A stretch of 64,000 bases of DNA. Source: an uncultured Gemmatimonadales bacterium. Lineage in GTDB: Bacteria > Gemmatimonadota > Gemmatimonadetes > Gemmatimonadales > Gemmatimonadaceae. A program made the translations under genes and the position numbers. Shown here piece by piece: positions 21,936 to 32,058 of the stretch. The notes beneath the pieces were generated by a model. The model worked only from the letters and a program-made list of their open reading frames with translations, was not told where the DNA came from and searched no databases. Within the stretch, counting starts at the first letter, position 1, and the number at the start of each line of letters is the position of its first letter. The DNA is taken from positions 288,001-352,000 of the forward strand of contig CAVPQB010000004.1 of assembly GCA_963707505.1 (NCBI GenBank), given 5' to 3'.

Positions 21936-23102
21936 ATGAGTTTAGAGACGAAGTTGGAGGAGACCGCCCTCACATTCGCGGACCTCGGGTTGAACCCCGA
22001 TGTTCTGCAAGCGGTTCAGGACGCTGGATATGTACATCCGACCCCAATCCAGGCCCAGGCAATCCCGCTGGCGCTAGAAGGCAGAGATCTCATAGGCCTC
22101 GCCCAGACGGGAACAGGGAAGACTGCGGCATTCGCGCTCCCAATCTTGAATCAGCTGACGGGTGGCCCGCATCGAGCCAGGGCGCTGATTCTGACCCCGA
22201 CCCGCGAGCTGTGCGTGCAGGTGGAAGAAAACTTCCGAAAGTACGCCGAGCGCTCGGGCCTCAAGACGCTGGCTGTTTATGGCGGTGTGGCGCTCGAACC
22301 CCAGACCAAGGCGTTGAGGAAGGGCATCGACATAGTGATCGCTACACCGGGCCGACTGCTCGACCATCTCGAGCGTCAGAACGTCGTGTTCGACGATCTG
22401 GAGATTCTGGTACTGGACGAAGCGGATCGCATGCTGGACATGGGTTTCGCCCCGCAGATCAACCGAGTGGTTGCCGAGATCCCGAAGTACCGGCAGACGA
22501 TGCTATTCAGCGCGACGATGCCGCCTGAGGTCGAGGCGCTTTCGCGGAAGTATCTGCGCAAGCCGCACGTGATCCAGGTTGGACGGCGCTCGATGGCCGC
22601 GATCGGCGTCACGCACGCTGTCTATCCCGTTCCGCGCATACGGAAGACCCAATTGTTGACCGAGCTGCTCAAGAACAAGGAGATGGACTCGGTTCTGATC
22701 TTCACGCGCACCAAGCATGGCGCCGACCGCGTCGTGCGTGATCTGCGTCAGGCCGGCATCCAGGCCACCGCGATGCACGGCGACAAGACGCAGAAGGAAC
22801 GCACGCGTGCGCTGGACGACTTCAAGGACGGTACGATGCGCGTTCTGGTCGCGACCGACGTGGCCCAGCGCGGACTGGATGTATCGGGCATCACCCACGT
22901 GATCAACTTCGACGTTCCGCAGGAGCCCGAAGATTACGTGCATCGCATCGGCCGTACCGGCCGCGCCGAGTCGAGTGGCGACGCATATACGTTGATGTCG
23001 CCGGACGAGATTGCGATGGTCCGTACCATCGAGCGTGTGATCGGGCAGGAAATCCCCCGCATCTCCGTTCCCGGCTACGACTTCGGTACCACCGCCGCGT
23101 AG
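21936..23102 (+). CDS. DEAD-box RNA helicase (RhlE-like)
   Basis: Q motif PTPIQ, AQTGTGKT, PTREL, TPGRL, DEAD, SAT, QRGLD, HRIGRTGR. Confidence 0.95.
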   Translation: MSLETKLEETALTFADLGLNPDVLQAVQDAGYVHPTPIQAQAIPLALEGRDLIGLAQTGTGKTAAFALPILNQLTGGPHRARALILTPTRELCVQVEENFRKYAERSGLKTLAVYGGVALEPQTKALRKGIDIVIATPGRLLDHLERQNVVFDDLEILVLDEADRMLDMGFAPQINRVVAEIPKYRQTMLFSATMPPEVEALSRKYLRKPHVIQVGRRSMAAIGVTHAVYPVPRIRKTQLLTELLKNKEMDSVLIFTRTKHGADRVVRDLRQAGIQATAMHGDKTQKERTRALDDFKDGTMRVLVATDVAQRGLDVSGITHVINFDVPQEPEDYVHRIGRTGRAESSGDAYTLMSPDEIAMVRTIERVIGQEIPRISVPGYDFGTTAA

Positions 23103-23122
23103 ACTCGTAGCAGGGAAACCAC

Positions 23123-23229
23123 CAGAGCGTCATCTCCGCGAACGTGTCCTGGGATATCCGTCATTCCCGCGAAAGCGGGGATGACGACTCTTTGAGTTTC
23201 CGCCTTCGCGGAAGTGCCGCCGGCTCTGC
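23123..23229. repeat. REP cluster between convergent genes
   Basis: Central hairpin CGTCATTCCCGC-GAAA-GCGGGGATGACG (23159-23186), flanked by degenerate halves CGTCATCTCCGCGAA and CCGCCTTCGCGGAAGTG. Confidence 0.7.
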
Positions 23230-23230
23230 G

Positions 23231-23698
23231 TCATCGTCGCACGCGTCCGAGCCTCGAGACGGTGACCGTTTCCGCGGCTGAGCCGCGGGTGACTATAAGG
23301 GTGAGATTTGAAACACCGAATCCCATCCCGAGCTGCGAATAAACCACAGGCGAGCGGCTTGGCGCGAACCGAACGCCGTGTATCGCCCTTTCGTCTCGTC
23401 GGCGAATCGTATCCACGCCTGCCCTCAACGTGAGCCGCGCGGGGGCTGAATCGATGTCGACGCTCACGCGTTCGCCGCGCGTCATGGCGAGATGTCGAGC
23501 CAGCTCGAGAAGCGCAGTGGCATCGGAGGCAGCGTTGCTCACCGCGATCCGGTCGAGTGCGTAGCGGGTCCTCGGTATTGCGACACCCGTAAGAACGCCT
23601 ATAATCGTCACCACCAGAAGCAGCTCGAGAATCGTAAATCCGAATTTCCGGCTCGACGCTCGGTGGGAATGATGCGTGCAGTATGATAAACGGCGCAT
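23231..23698 (-). CDS. Type IV pilin/pseudopilin-like protein (GspH/FimT-like)
   Basis: Prepilin motif G|FTILELLLVVTIIGVL..AIP, ARHLAMTRG, C-terminal VTVSRLGRVR. Start uncertain. Confidence 0.8.
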   Translation of the reverse strand: MRRLSYCTHHSHRASSRKFGFTILELLLVVTIIGVLTGVAIPRTRYALDRIAVSNAASDATALLELARHLAMTRGERVSVDIDSAPARLTLRAGVDTIRRRDERAIHGVRFAPSRSPVVYSQLGMGFGVSNLTLIVTRGSAAETVTVSRLGRVRR

Positions 23699-23776
23699 GA
23701 GACACTGTAGCATGAGCAACAGTTTGCGGTTGAATCGTGTCTCAGTGCGTAGTATCAAACCGTTGCGGAGCAACAA

Positions 23777-26074
23777 ATGGCTATCATCCCTCGGCTCGCG
23801 ATCCTCGCCTGCGCCGCTGCATTCGGCTGCGCGGGGCGCTCGGCGCCCACACCATCACCTGCGCCGGCGGTTCCTGGCGAAGTCCCTCAACCAACCCCGC
23901 CGACGATAATTCCGAACGTGCGGCTGGTGAGTGACACCAACGCTGTGCCGCCGTTCTCGGATACTGCGCTGATCAAGTGGGGACCGGAGCCTGAAGGCAC
24001 GGTACACACACTTCCACCGCACGAATACGATCTACAGCACCAGTCTCTCCGAGTGAGATTCGACTGGTCGCGTCACGCGGTTGTTGGAAGCACGACACTA
24101 CGCATCGCGGCTCTCGATCATCCCATTACCGACGTACCGCTCAACGCCGTCGGTATGACGATTCGCCGAGTCGCTACGGGATCCGCGCCGCTCAAGTTCG
24201 ATTACGACGGCGAGATGCTGATCGTTCATCTACGCCGTCCGCTGGCGGCGCGTGCGAGAACGTCCTTCACGATCGACTACGAAGCTCTCAAGCCAAAGAA
24301 GGGCGCGTATTTCATCGACAGAAATCACTACATGTGGACCCAGGGCGAGGCGCAGGACAACCGGTACTGGATTCCGACATACGATCATCCTGACGATAAG
24401 ACGACGTGGGAGATCTCTGTCACCACGGATCCGGGTGAGAGCGCGCTGTCCAATGGCAAGCTCGTGAGCAAGCGCGCAGTGAAGGGCGGCACGTTGTGGA
24501 ACTGGTCACAGGAGCGGCCCGCATCCACGTATCTGATGAGCGTCGTGACTGGCAAGTACACCGTGGTGCGCGACCACTGGCATGACGTGCCGGTCGAGTA
24601 CTGGACGTATCCGGATTCGGTCGAGGCGGCGAAGCGCGGATTCGGGAAGACTCCGGATGCGATCGACGTATTCTCGCGCAAGACTGGAATTCCGTATCCG
24701 TGGGCAAAATATGCGCAGAGCGTGGTGCCGGATTTCATTTTCGGCGGCATGGAGAACGTGAGCGCGACCACGCAGAATGACGACGGCATGCTGCATCCGG
24801 CGTGGGCCGAGCCGCAGTTCAATGCTGACGGGTTGATGTCGCACGAGCTGGGGCACCAGTGGTTCGGCGATCTGCTCACGACGCGGGAATGGTCCCATGC
24901 GTGGCTCAATGAGGGGTTCGCGACCTTCATGGAGCAGACGTATCGCGAAGCGTCTCGTGGTGTCGATGAAGGGATGTGGGACAGGATGGAAGCAGAGCAG
25001 GAGACCATCGACGCAGATCGCCGAAATCGCCGGCCCATCGTGTACGACAGGTACGTCAAGGATCCGCTCGAGGTCTTCTTCAGCGGCCACATCTATCCCA
25101 AGGGTGCGACCGTGCTGCAGATGTTGCGGCACCAGCTCGGCGACTCCGTATTCTGGGCGGCCATGCATCATTACGCGCAGTCGCACATGTATCAGAACGT
25201 GGTGACGGACGATCTGAGGCGTGCGTTCGAGGAGAGCACCGGCCGCGATTACAAGACGTTCTTCGACCGGTGGGTGTATGGCGCCGGATTTCCCGTCTTC
25301 AAGGTCTCAGCGTCATACGACAGCTCTGCGAGACGATTGTCGCTGCACGCGGACGAGATCCAGCCACGCGACTCGCTGACCGGCTATTTCGATGCCGACG
25401 TGGACGTGGAAGTGCTGACTGATGGAGCGCCGGTGCATGGCACGATGTCCGTGCGAAACGGGAAGGGTGATCTCGCGCTGGCGCTATCGTCTGCGCCTCG
25501 CGCGATCGAGTGGAACAAGGGCTCGTGGGTTCTCTCGTTGACGGATTTTCCGCGATCCACCGCCATGCTGGACTATCAGCTGGCGCACGGCGACGACGTC
25601 GCGGCGCGGGACGAGGCTATCACCTTGCTCTCTGCTCGGAAGGGCGATGCCGCCGCCGCTCGCGCCATCGCAACGGCCGCCGCGGACGATCCGTTCATCG
25701 GATTGCGCGGGCGTGCCGTAGCTGGGCTCGCCGCCTTCCCGAACGATTCGGTGGCACGCGCGGCGGTGTTCATCGCGGCACATGATACCGCATCGCGCGT
25801 TCGCCAGATTGCGATGGAATCGCTTGCAAGCTTTCCAGGCGCCGACACCGATTCATTGCTGGCGAGTGTGGCGCGTGCCGATGCGTCGCCCATCGTGCGC
25901 GGAACCGCATTAGCTTCCTACATAAAGGTCGCTGGTGACGCCGCGCTGCCGTTGGCGCGAGAGGTGATGGCGGAGACCTCGTGGCGCAACGTGTTGCGCG
26001 CACCGGCGATGAACGTCTTGAAGGGGACGCACAGCGAAGCGGCGCGCGCGCTTTACCAGAAATACGCTAAGTAG
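23777..26074 (+). CDS. M1 family zinc aminopeptidase lipoprotein with C-terminal HEAT repeats
   Basis: Lipobox AFGC, GGMEN, HELGHQWFG...WLNEGFA, YPKG. Confidence 0.93.
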   Translation: MAIIPRLAILACAAAFGCAGRSAPTPSPAPAVPGEVPQPTPPTIIPNVRLVSDTNAVPPFSDTALIKWGPEPEGTVHTLPPHEYDLQHQSLRVRFDWSRHAVVGSTTLRIAALDHPITDVPLNAVGMTIRRVATGSAPLKFDYDGEMLIVHLRRPLAARARTSFTIDYEALKPKKGAYFIDRNHYMWTQGEAQDNRYWIPTYDHPDDKTTWEISVTTDPGESALSNGKLVSKRAVKGGTLWNWSQERPASTYLMSVVTGKYTVVRDHWHDVPVEYWTYPDSVEAAKRGFGKTPDAIDVFSRKTGIPYPWAKYAQSVVPDFIFGGMENVSATTQNDDGMLHPAWAEPQFNADGLMSHELGHQWFGDLLTTREWSHAWLNEGFATFMEQTYREASRGVDEGMWDRMEAEQETIDADRRNRRPIVYDRYVKDPLEVFFSGHIYPKGATVLQMLRHQLGDSVFWAAMHHYAQSHMYQNVVTDDLRRAFEESTGRDYKTFFDRWVYGAGFPVFKVSASYDSSARRLSLHADEIQPRDSLTGYFDADVDVEVLTDGAPVHGTMSVRNGKGDLALALSSAPRAIEWNKGSWVLSLTDFPRSTAMLDYQLAHGDDVAARDEAITLLSARKGDAAAARAIATAAADDPFIGLRGRAVAGLAAFPNDSVARAAVFIAAHDTASRVRQIAMESLASFPGADTDSLLASVARADASPIVRGTALASYIKVAGDAALPLAREVMAETSWRNVLRAPAMNVLKGTHSEAARALYQKYAK

Positions 26075-26160
26075 CGAAACGGCGCGCGCGCTCGACAGGC
26101 TGATCCCACGCATGATGATATGCACAATCGAGACATCGTGAATCTGCTAGAAAGGCAAAA

Positions 26161-27240
26161 GTGAGAATCGCTCTTTCCACCGGCGGCGGCGATGCGCCGG
26201 GCCTGAACGCGGTCATCCGCGCGGCGGTTCTTGGCGCGCTCGACCGCGGCTGGGATGTGCTCGGCGTCACGAAAGGTTACGCCGGACTGCTCGGCGAGGA
26301 GGATGTCGTCCCTCTGACTCGCGCGACTGTCCGCGGCATCGGGCACCTCGGCGGCACCATCCTCCGCACCACCAATCGCGGCAATCCGTTTTCATATCCG
26401 GTGCTCCAGAGCGACGGAAGCTACATGATCGTCGACCGATCGGACGAGCTGATCGCGCGCGCATCCGAGCTCGGAATCGAGGCTCTCATCTCGATTGGCG
26501 GCGATGGCTCGCTCTCGATTGCACAGCAGCTATCGAGCAAGGGAATGCGAGTGGTCGGCGTCCCCAAGACGATCGATAACGACGTGAGCGGAACAATCAC
26601 GACGTTCGGCTTCGATACTGCGGTCCAGACCGCGCTGGAAGCGATCGACAAACTGCACACGACGGCCGAATCGCACGACCGGGTTTTCGTGCTGGAAGTA
26701 ATGGGGCGCGACACCGGATTCATCGCGCTGCACGCCGGTCTGGCAGGATCGGCGGATGTGATTCTGATTCCGGAAATCCCTTATGATCCGGATCGCGTGT
26801 GCGAGAAGATCGTGTCACGCAGTCTTGGCGGACGTCATTTCTCGATCGTCGTCATGGCCGAAGGAGCACATGAGGCGGGACGTGAAGCGGGTGTACTCGG
26901 TGCTTCAATGCCCGGCCAGGCAGTGCGCGTCGGCGGAGTTGCCGCGCAACTTGCGGAACTGATTCAGGAGCGCACGGGTAAGGAGTCACGCTCGATGGTG
27001 CTGGGCCACCTGCAGCGTGGCGGACAACCGACGGGATACGACAGATTGCTCGCTACAAGATTTGGTGGCGCCGCGGTTCGCGCAGTTGCGGATGCAAAGT
27101 GGGGCCACATGGTAGCGCTACAATCGCCGCACATCGTTACCATTCCGATTGAAGAGGCGCTACGCGAGCAGAAGCGCGTGGATCCAAATCATGATACAGT
27201 GTTGACCGCTCGGGCCACCGGGGTCTCGTTCGGCGACTGA
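26161..27240 (+). CDS. pfkA: 6-phosphofructokinase (group III type)
   Basis: TGGGDAPGLN, GGTILRT, IGGDGS, PKTIDND, EVMGR, LGHLQRGG. Confidence 0.95.
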   Translation: MRIALSTGGGDAPGLNAVIRAAVLGALDRGWDVLGVTKGYAGLLGEEDVVPLTRATVRGIGHLGGTILRTTNRGNPFSYPVLQSDGSYMIVDRSDELIARASELGIEALISIGGDGSLSIAQQLSSKGMRVVGVPKTIDNDVSGTITTFGFDTAVQTALEAIDKLHTTAESHDRVFVLEVMGRDTGFIALHAGLAGSADVILIPEIPYDPDRVCEKIVSRSLGGRHFSIVVMAEGAHEAGREAGVLGASMPGQAVRVGGVAAQLAELIQERTGKESRSMVLGHLQRGGQPTGYDRLLATRFGGAAVRAVADAKWGHMVALQSPHIVTIPIEEALREQKRVDPNHDTVLTARATGVSFGD

Positions 27241-27436
27241 AGCCGCGGCGCGCCATATGGCGCGCCGCGGTGGGGATCGAAGTGCCGGTGCCGCGATCGC
27301 GGCGCCACAGCCTGCCATGCAGCGTGGAATCAGGACAGGCTGCCGCGGCCGCTCCCAATCGACCCCTGACCAGCCAAAACCGGCCGCGAAACGCAAGTTT
27401 GTAGCCAACCGCGGTATCCCGTCATATATTCCAAGG

Positions 27437-27760
27437 ATGACTCGGCTGAACCTCGCACGGCTGGCTGTGGTGGGTACACTCATCACCTTCGCCCTTCCGC
27501 TCGCTTCCCGCGCGGAAGAGCCGGGCCCGGTCACGCTCAAGACGCCGTCCGATACGCTGACCAAACTGGACAAGGCCAAAGGTGACCGCGCAGCCCCGGC
27601 ACCCAAGAAGAAATTGAAGGGACGCCAGGTGGTTCCAGTTCAGCCGCGCTCGACATACGGCCCCGATCAGCCCTGGGAAACCGAGTTCTACGTCGAGAAT
27701 GACATCGCAGGCCAGCGTGAGATTCAGCTTGCGCTCGCTTCCTTCGTCCGGCATCGGTAA
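27437..27760 (+). CDS. Small secreted hypothetical protein
   Basis: ATG followed by a Sec-type signal ending SRA; followed by an intrinsic terminator. Confidence 0.65.
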   Translation: MTRLNLARLAVVGTLITFALPLASRAEEPGPVTLKTPSDTLTKLDKAKGDRAAPAPKKKLKGRQVVPVQPRSTYGPDQPWETEFYVENDIAGQREIQLALASFVRHR

Positions 27761-27784
27761 TCCAGCCAGTCGCATCAGCCACGG

Positions 27785-27808
27785 GGACCCGATAGGGTCC
27801 TTTTTTTT
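27785..27808 (+). terminator. Rho-independent terminator
   Basis: GGACCC-GATA-GGGTCC followed by T8. Confidence 0.85.
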
Positions 27809-27823
27809 GACAGGAATCGCAAC

Positions 27824-29026
27824 ATTACCTCGATCGACAGTACCGCGCGCCCAACGCTTCCGTCTCTAGACGAGGCGCTCGCACGCGAGCTGGATACGAT
27901 CGAGCGTGCGGGACTCAAGCGCGTCATGCGAACGGTGACGCGCGGAGAGGGAGTCGAGATGCTGCAGGACGGCAGGCGCGTCGTCGACTTCTCATCCAAC
28001 GATTATCTCGGCCTGGCCGGCGATCCACGCATCGCGCGCGCAGCCGCCGAAGCGTTGACCACCGGTAGCACCGGCGCCGCCGCAGCAAGACTCATCTCCG
28101 GCACGCAGGCCGCCCACGTCGAGCTCGAACGTGAGATCGCGAGATTCAAGGGCGCTGAAGCGGCACTGCTTTTTCCCAGCGGGTACGCTGCGAACGTCGG
28201 AACCATCCAGGCGATCGCAGGACGGCGCGACGTCATCTACGCCGACCAGCTCAACCACGCGTCGCTCATCGATGGCGCGCGTCTCTCCCGAGCCGAAGTG
28301 CGTGTCTTTCCGCACATGGACCTCGCTGCATTGCGTACGATGCTCGAGGCCGACGCCGGCAGCTTTCGCCGTAGGTTGATCGTGGTCGATGGCGTGTTCT
28401 CGATGGACGGCGACATCTTCCCGCTCGCCGAGCTCGTTCCGATCGCGCGGGAATTCGGAGCGTGGACCTACGTCGATGACGCCCATGCGACGGGCGTACT
28501 CGGCGCTAACGGACGAGGCTCGGCGGAGCACTGTGGCGTGGAAGGAGAGATCGACGTGATCATGGGGACGCTCGGGAAGGCGGTCGGTACGATCGGCGCC
28601 TTCGTCTGCGGCTCGAGCGTGTTGACAGAATACCTGTTGAATCGCGCGCGCTCATTCATATTCACGACAGCCTCGCCACCAGCGCTCGCGACGGCGACGC
28701 TCGAAGCGTTGCGCATCGTCAGCGCGGAGCCGGAGCGGCGGCGTGAGTTGCGACGCAACGCGCGCTATCTGCGTACCAGGCTGCGCGAGATCGGACATTC
28801 TCCAAGCGGGGAGGACGACGGCTACATCGTGCCAGTAATGCTCGGTGAATCGGAGCGGACTACGTTTGTAGGTAACGCGATGCGTGAGGCAGGATATCTG
28901 GTGGGTGCGGTCCGTCCGCCAACAGTTCCGATGGGCCAATCGCGTCTTCGCATCACAGTGAGTGCCGCACACGACGCTGGTCACATCGATGGGCTGGTCA
29001 GCGCGCTTGGCACGGTGTTGAATTGA
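27824..29026 (+). CDS. bioF: 8-amino-7-oxononanoate synthase (first ATG at 27926; ATT start at 27824 proposed)
   Basis: DFSSNDYLGL, SGYAAN, NHASLIDG, DGVFSMDGD, DDAH, GTLGKA, RPPTVP. Confidence 0.93.
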   Translation: MTSIDSTARPTLPSLDEALARELDTIERAGLKRVMRTVTRGEGVEMLQDGRRVVDFSSNDYLGLAGDPRIARAAAEALTTGSTGAAAARLISGTQAAHVELEREIARFKGAEAALLFPSGYAANVGTIQAIAGRRDVIYADQLNHASLIDGARLSRAEVRVFPHMDLAALRTMLEADAGSFRRRLIVVDGVFSMDGDIFPLAELVPIAREFGAWTYVDDAHATGVLGANGRGSAEHCGVEGEIDVIMGTLGKAVGTIGAFVCGSSVLTEYLLNRARSFIFTTASPPALATATLEALRIVSAEPERRRELRRNARYLRTRLREIGHSPSGEDDGYIVPVMLGESERTTFVGNAMREAGYLVGAVRPPTVPMGQSRLRITVSAAHDAGHIDGLVSALGTVLN

Positions 29027-30297
29027 CAGCGCAGCTTTCAGACGTCGTCAGCGCCGATGCACGCCACATCTGGCATCCGTACACGCAGCACCTCGGCGCA
29101 CTGCCCGCAATTCACGCTACCGGCGCATCCGGCGCATTCATCCACACCGCTGACGGACACAGGATATTCGATGCGATCTCGTCGTGGTGGGTGACGCTTC
29201 ACGGCCACTCGCATCCGGCGATCGTCGATGCGATCGCGCGCCAGGCTGCAATGCTCGACCAGGTGATCTTCACGTCGTTCACGCACGAGCCAGCCGCGCT
29301 GTTCGCGCGCGATCTCGTCGAGATCCTCCCCGACGGGTTGAGCCGCGTTTTCTTTTCGGACGACGGATCGACCGCGGTCGAAGTTGCGGTAAAAATGGCG
29401 CTGCAGTATCACGCCAATCGCGGAAGCAAACGCTCGATCATCGTCGCGCTCGAGAATGCGTATCATGGCGATACTTTCGGCGCGATGAGCGTGAGCGGGC
29501 GCGGGACCTTCACAGATCCGTTCAGCTCGCTCCTGTTCGACGTTCGCCGCCTCCCCGATCCGACTACGGGTGATACGGTTGCGGCGCTCGATGAGCTACT
29601 GGCGCGCGAGGGGGCCGCTATCGCAGCGCTCATCGTCGAGCCGTTGCTGATGGGTGCTGGCGGAATGCTGATGTATGGCGAGGAAACGCTCGCGGCGCTC
29701 AGGATGCGCGCGCGCGACAACGATATCCTCTTCATTGCGGATGAAGTGCTGACGGGTTTCGGCCGCACCGGGCCGTTGTTCGCCTGTGAGAGGGCCGCGA
29801 TTGCGCCGGACATCATCTGTCTGAGCAAGGGTCTGACGGGCGGCACGCTGCCGCTCGGCGCAACGGTCGCCACGGACGAGATATTCGATGCGTTTCTGAG
29901 CGAGGACAGACATCGCACGCTGTTTCACGGCCATTCGTATACGGCGAATCCCATAGCGTGCGCGGTAGGCCGAGCTTCGCTCGCGTTGCTGGATGATGAG
30001 TGCGCGCGGCGGCGTCAGGCGATTCACGACGCACATCTCGCCGGAATCGCGACTGTCAGATCCCACCCGCTCGTTCGAAATCCGCGGACGATCGGAACTG
30101 TAGCGGCTTTCGATCTGGCTGTCGGCAGTGGCTATCTGAGTCCGATTGGGCGAGATCTCGCAGCATTCGCGCTGGAGTGCGACATCCTCTTGCGGCCACT
30201 TGGCAATGTGGTGTACGTGCTTCCACCGTTTTGCGCGACTCCGGCAGATCTCGCCGGGGTTTATTCCGTAATCGGTCAATTCCTGGAATCGCTATGA
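29023..30297 (+). CDS. bioA: Adenosylmethionine-8-amino-7-oxononanoate aminotransferase
   Basis: IWHPYTQ, SSWWV, AYHGDTFG, DEVLTGFGRTG, LSKGLTGG, HGHSY, LRPLGN. Confidence 0.96.
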   Translation: MTAQLSDVVSADARHIWHPYTQHLGALPAIHATGASGAFIHTADGHRIFDAISSWWVTLHGHSHPAIVDAIARQAAMLDQVIFTSFTHEPAALFARDLVEILPDGLSRVFFSDDGSTAVEVAVKMALQYHANRGSKRSIIVALENAYHGDTFGAMSVSGRGTFTDPFSSLLFDVRRLPDPTTGDTVAALDELLAREGAAIAALIVEPLLMGAGGMLMYGEETLAALRMRARDNDILFIADEVLTGFGRTGPLFACERAAIAPDIICLSKGLTGGTLPLGATVATDEIFDAFLSEDRHRTLFHGHSYTANPIACAVGRASLALLDDECARRRQAIHDAHLAGIATVRSHPLVRNPRTIGTVAAFDLAVGSGYLSPIGRDLAAFALECDILLRPLGNVVYVLPPFCATPADLAGVYSVIGQFLESL

Positions 30298-30956
30298 TCG
30301 GCATAGGGGTAACCGGAACCGATACAGGGATCGGCAAGACCATCGTGTCTCGCTCGATAGTGGCGGCGTTGCGGGGCAGCTTCGCGCGAGTCGCGGCTAT
30401 GAAGCCGGTAGAAAGCGGCGGTACGGAAGACGCCGAGTCGCTGTGGCGGGCGACCAGCATGACGTATCCGATGGAATGGGTCGGTCCGGTTTCACTCGCG
30501 GAGCCACTCGCGCCACTCGTTGCAGCACGGCGCGCGAATACGCCGGTCGATCTCGACGCGATCGACGGCGCATTCCACCGTCTGTGCGCAGATAGCGATG
30601 CAATTGTCGTGGAAGGGGCCGGTGGCTTGCTCGTTCCCATCACGGAGGACGAGTCGTTCGCCACGCTGTTCCGGCGCTGGCGTCTCGAGCTGGTGATTGT
30701 TGCGCCAAACCGGCTCGGCACCGTGAATCACACGTTGTTGACCGTGCGCGCTGCGAGAGAGTTTGGTATCCGAATTCGCGCAGTCGTGCTCAACACGATG
30801 ACCGACCAACCGGAAGGTATGCCGGAGCGTACCAATCTGGGGTTGCTCAGGGAATTGTTGCCTAACATTCGCGTCATTCCATTCGCGTTCACGCGAACGC
30901 CGGATGATGCGTCGAACATATCACTTACTGATCTCGGACTCGATGATGCACCATGA
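30294..30956 (+). CDS. bioD: Dethiobiotin synthase
   Basis: [40 protein letters not shown] overlap with bioA. Confidence 0.95.
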   Translation: MIGIGVTGTDTGIGKTIVSRSIVAALRGSFARVAAMKPVESGGTEDAESLWRATSMTYPMEWVGPVSLAEPLAPLVAARRANTPVDLDAIDGAFHRLCADSDAIVVEGAGGLLVPITEDESFATLFRRWRLELVIVAPNRLGTVNHTLLTVRAAREFGIRIRAVVLNTMTDQPEGMPERTNLGLLRELLPNIRVIPFAFTRTPDDASNISLTDLGLDDAP

Positions 30957-32025
30957 TTGGAACGCCCTCGCCGACGAAGCGCTCGACGGACGAATCATAT
31001 CGCGCGATTCTGCGCGTGCAGTACTCGCGGCGCATGATGACGAACTGTTGTCTCAGCTTGCCGCTGCGTATCGCGTGCGCCGGCATTTCTGGTCCAACAA
31101 GGTGCGTCTCCATTTTCTGTTGAATGCGCAGAGCGGCCTCTGCCCGGAAGATTGCCATTACTGCTCACAATCGAAAATCTCCACGGCGGACATCGAGAAA
31201 TACCCGTTGCTCGCGCGCGAAAGGATTCTCGACGCCGCCGAGCGTGCTGCGACACTCAAGGCAGGGACGTTCTGTCTCGTGATAAGCGGCAGGGCACCGG
31301 GCGAGCGCGTGTTCGGCAAGATTCTCGACGCCGTTGGTGAAATCAAGGCGAATCACAATCTCAGGGTGTGTGCCTGCTTGGGGCTGCTGAACGACGATCA
31401 GGCACACCGGCTCAAGGCCGCGGGTGTCGATACGGTGAATCACAATCTCAACACCAGCGAGAGCTACCACGGCGAGATCTGCACGACCCACACGTTCGAG
31501 GATCGCAAGGCGACGATCCGGAACGTGCACGAGGCGGGAATATCGAGCTGCTCGGGCGGAATCATCGGCATGGGCGAGAGTGACGACGACATAATCGACC
31601 TGGCGTTGTCGCTGCGCGAGATGGACGTGTCCAGCGTCCCGGTGAATTTTCTCATTCCGATCGACGGCACTCCGCTCGCTGGAATCAACGAGCTCAATCC
31701 ACGTCGCTGCCTGCGCGTGCTGTGTCTCTACCGGTTTCTGTTGCCGAGCAAGAAGATCCGCATTGCTGGCGGCAGAGAGGTGCATCTGAGATCATTGCAG
31801 CCACTCGGCCTGTATCCAGCCAATTCGCTGTTCATCGGTGATTACCTGACCACTGCGGGTCAGGAGGCAAGGGCGGACCTGGAAATGATCCGCGACGCTG
31901 GCTTTGTACTGGAGGCACCGGACGGCACCCCGCTCGTGGGCGATCCGCTGGAAGGATTGGACGAATATCTCGCCGCGATGCCAGCCGTGGGCTACGCCGC
32001 GGTCGAGTCGCCGCACGCATCGTGA
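30943..32025 (+). CDS. bioB: Biotin synthase (radical SAM)
   Basis: [41 protein letters not shown]. Confidence 0.97.
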   Translation: MMHHDWNALADEALDGRIISRDSARAVLAAHDDELLSQLAAAYRVRRHFWSNKVRLHFLLNAQSGLCPEDCHYCSQSKISTADIEKYPLLARERILDAAERAATLKAGTFCLVISGRAPGERVFGKILDAVGEIKANHNLRVCACLGLLNDDQAHRLKAAGVDTVNHNLNTSESYHGEICTTHTFEDRKATIRNVHEAGISSCSGGIIGMGESDDDIIDLALSLREMDVSSVPVNFLIPIDGTPLAGINELNPRRCLRVLCLYRFLLPSKKIRIAGGREVHLRSLQPLGLYPANSLFIGDYLTTAGQEARADLEMIRDAGFVLEAPDGTPLVGDPLEGLDEYLAAMPAVGYAAVESPHAS

Positions 32026-32058
32026 ACTGACCGGTCGCATTCTGATATCTTCCATGAA

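Noticed and set aside
27807..27835. Perfect TTGACA upstream of bioF
   Set aside because: No credible -10 box at 16-18 bp; it probably arises from the terminator T-run.
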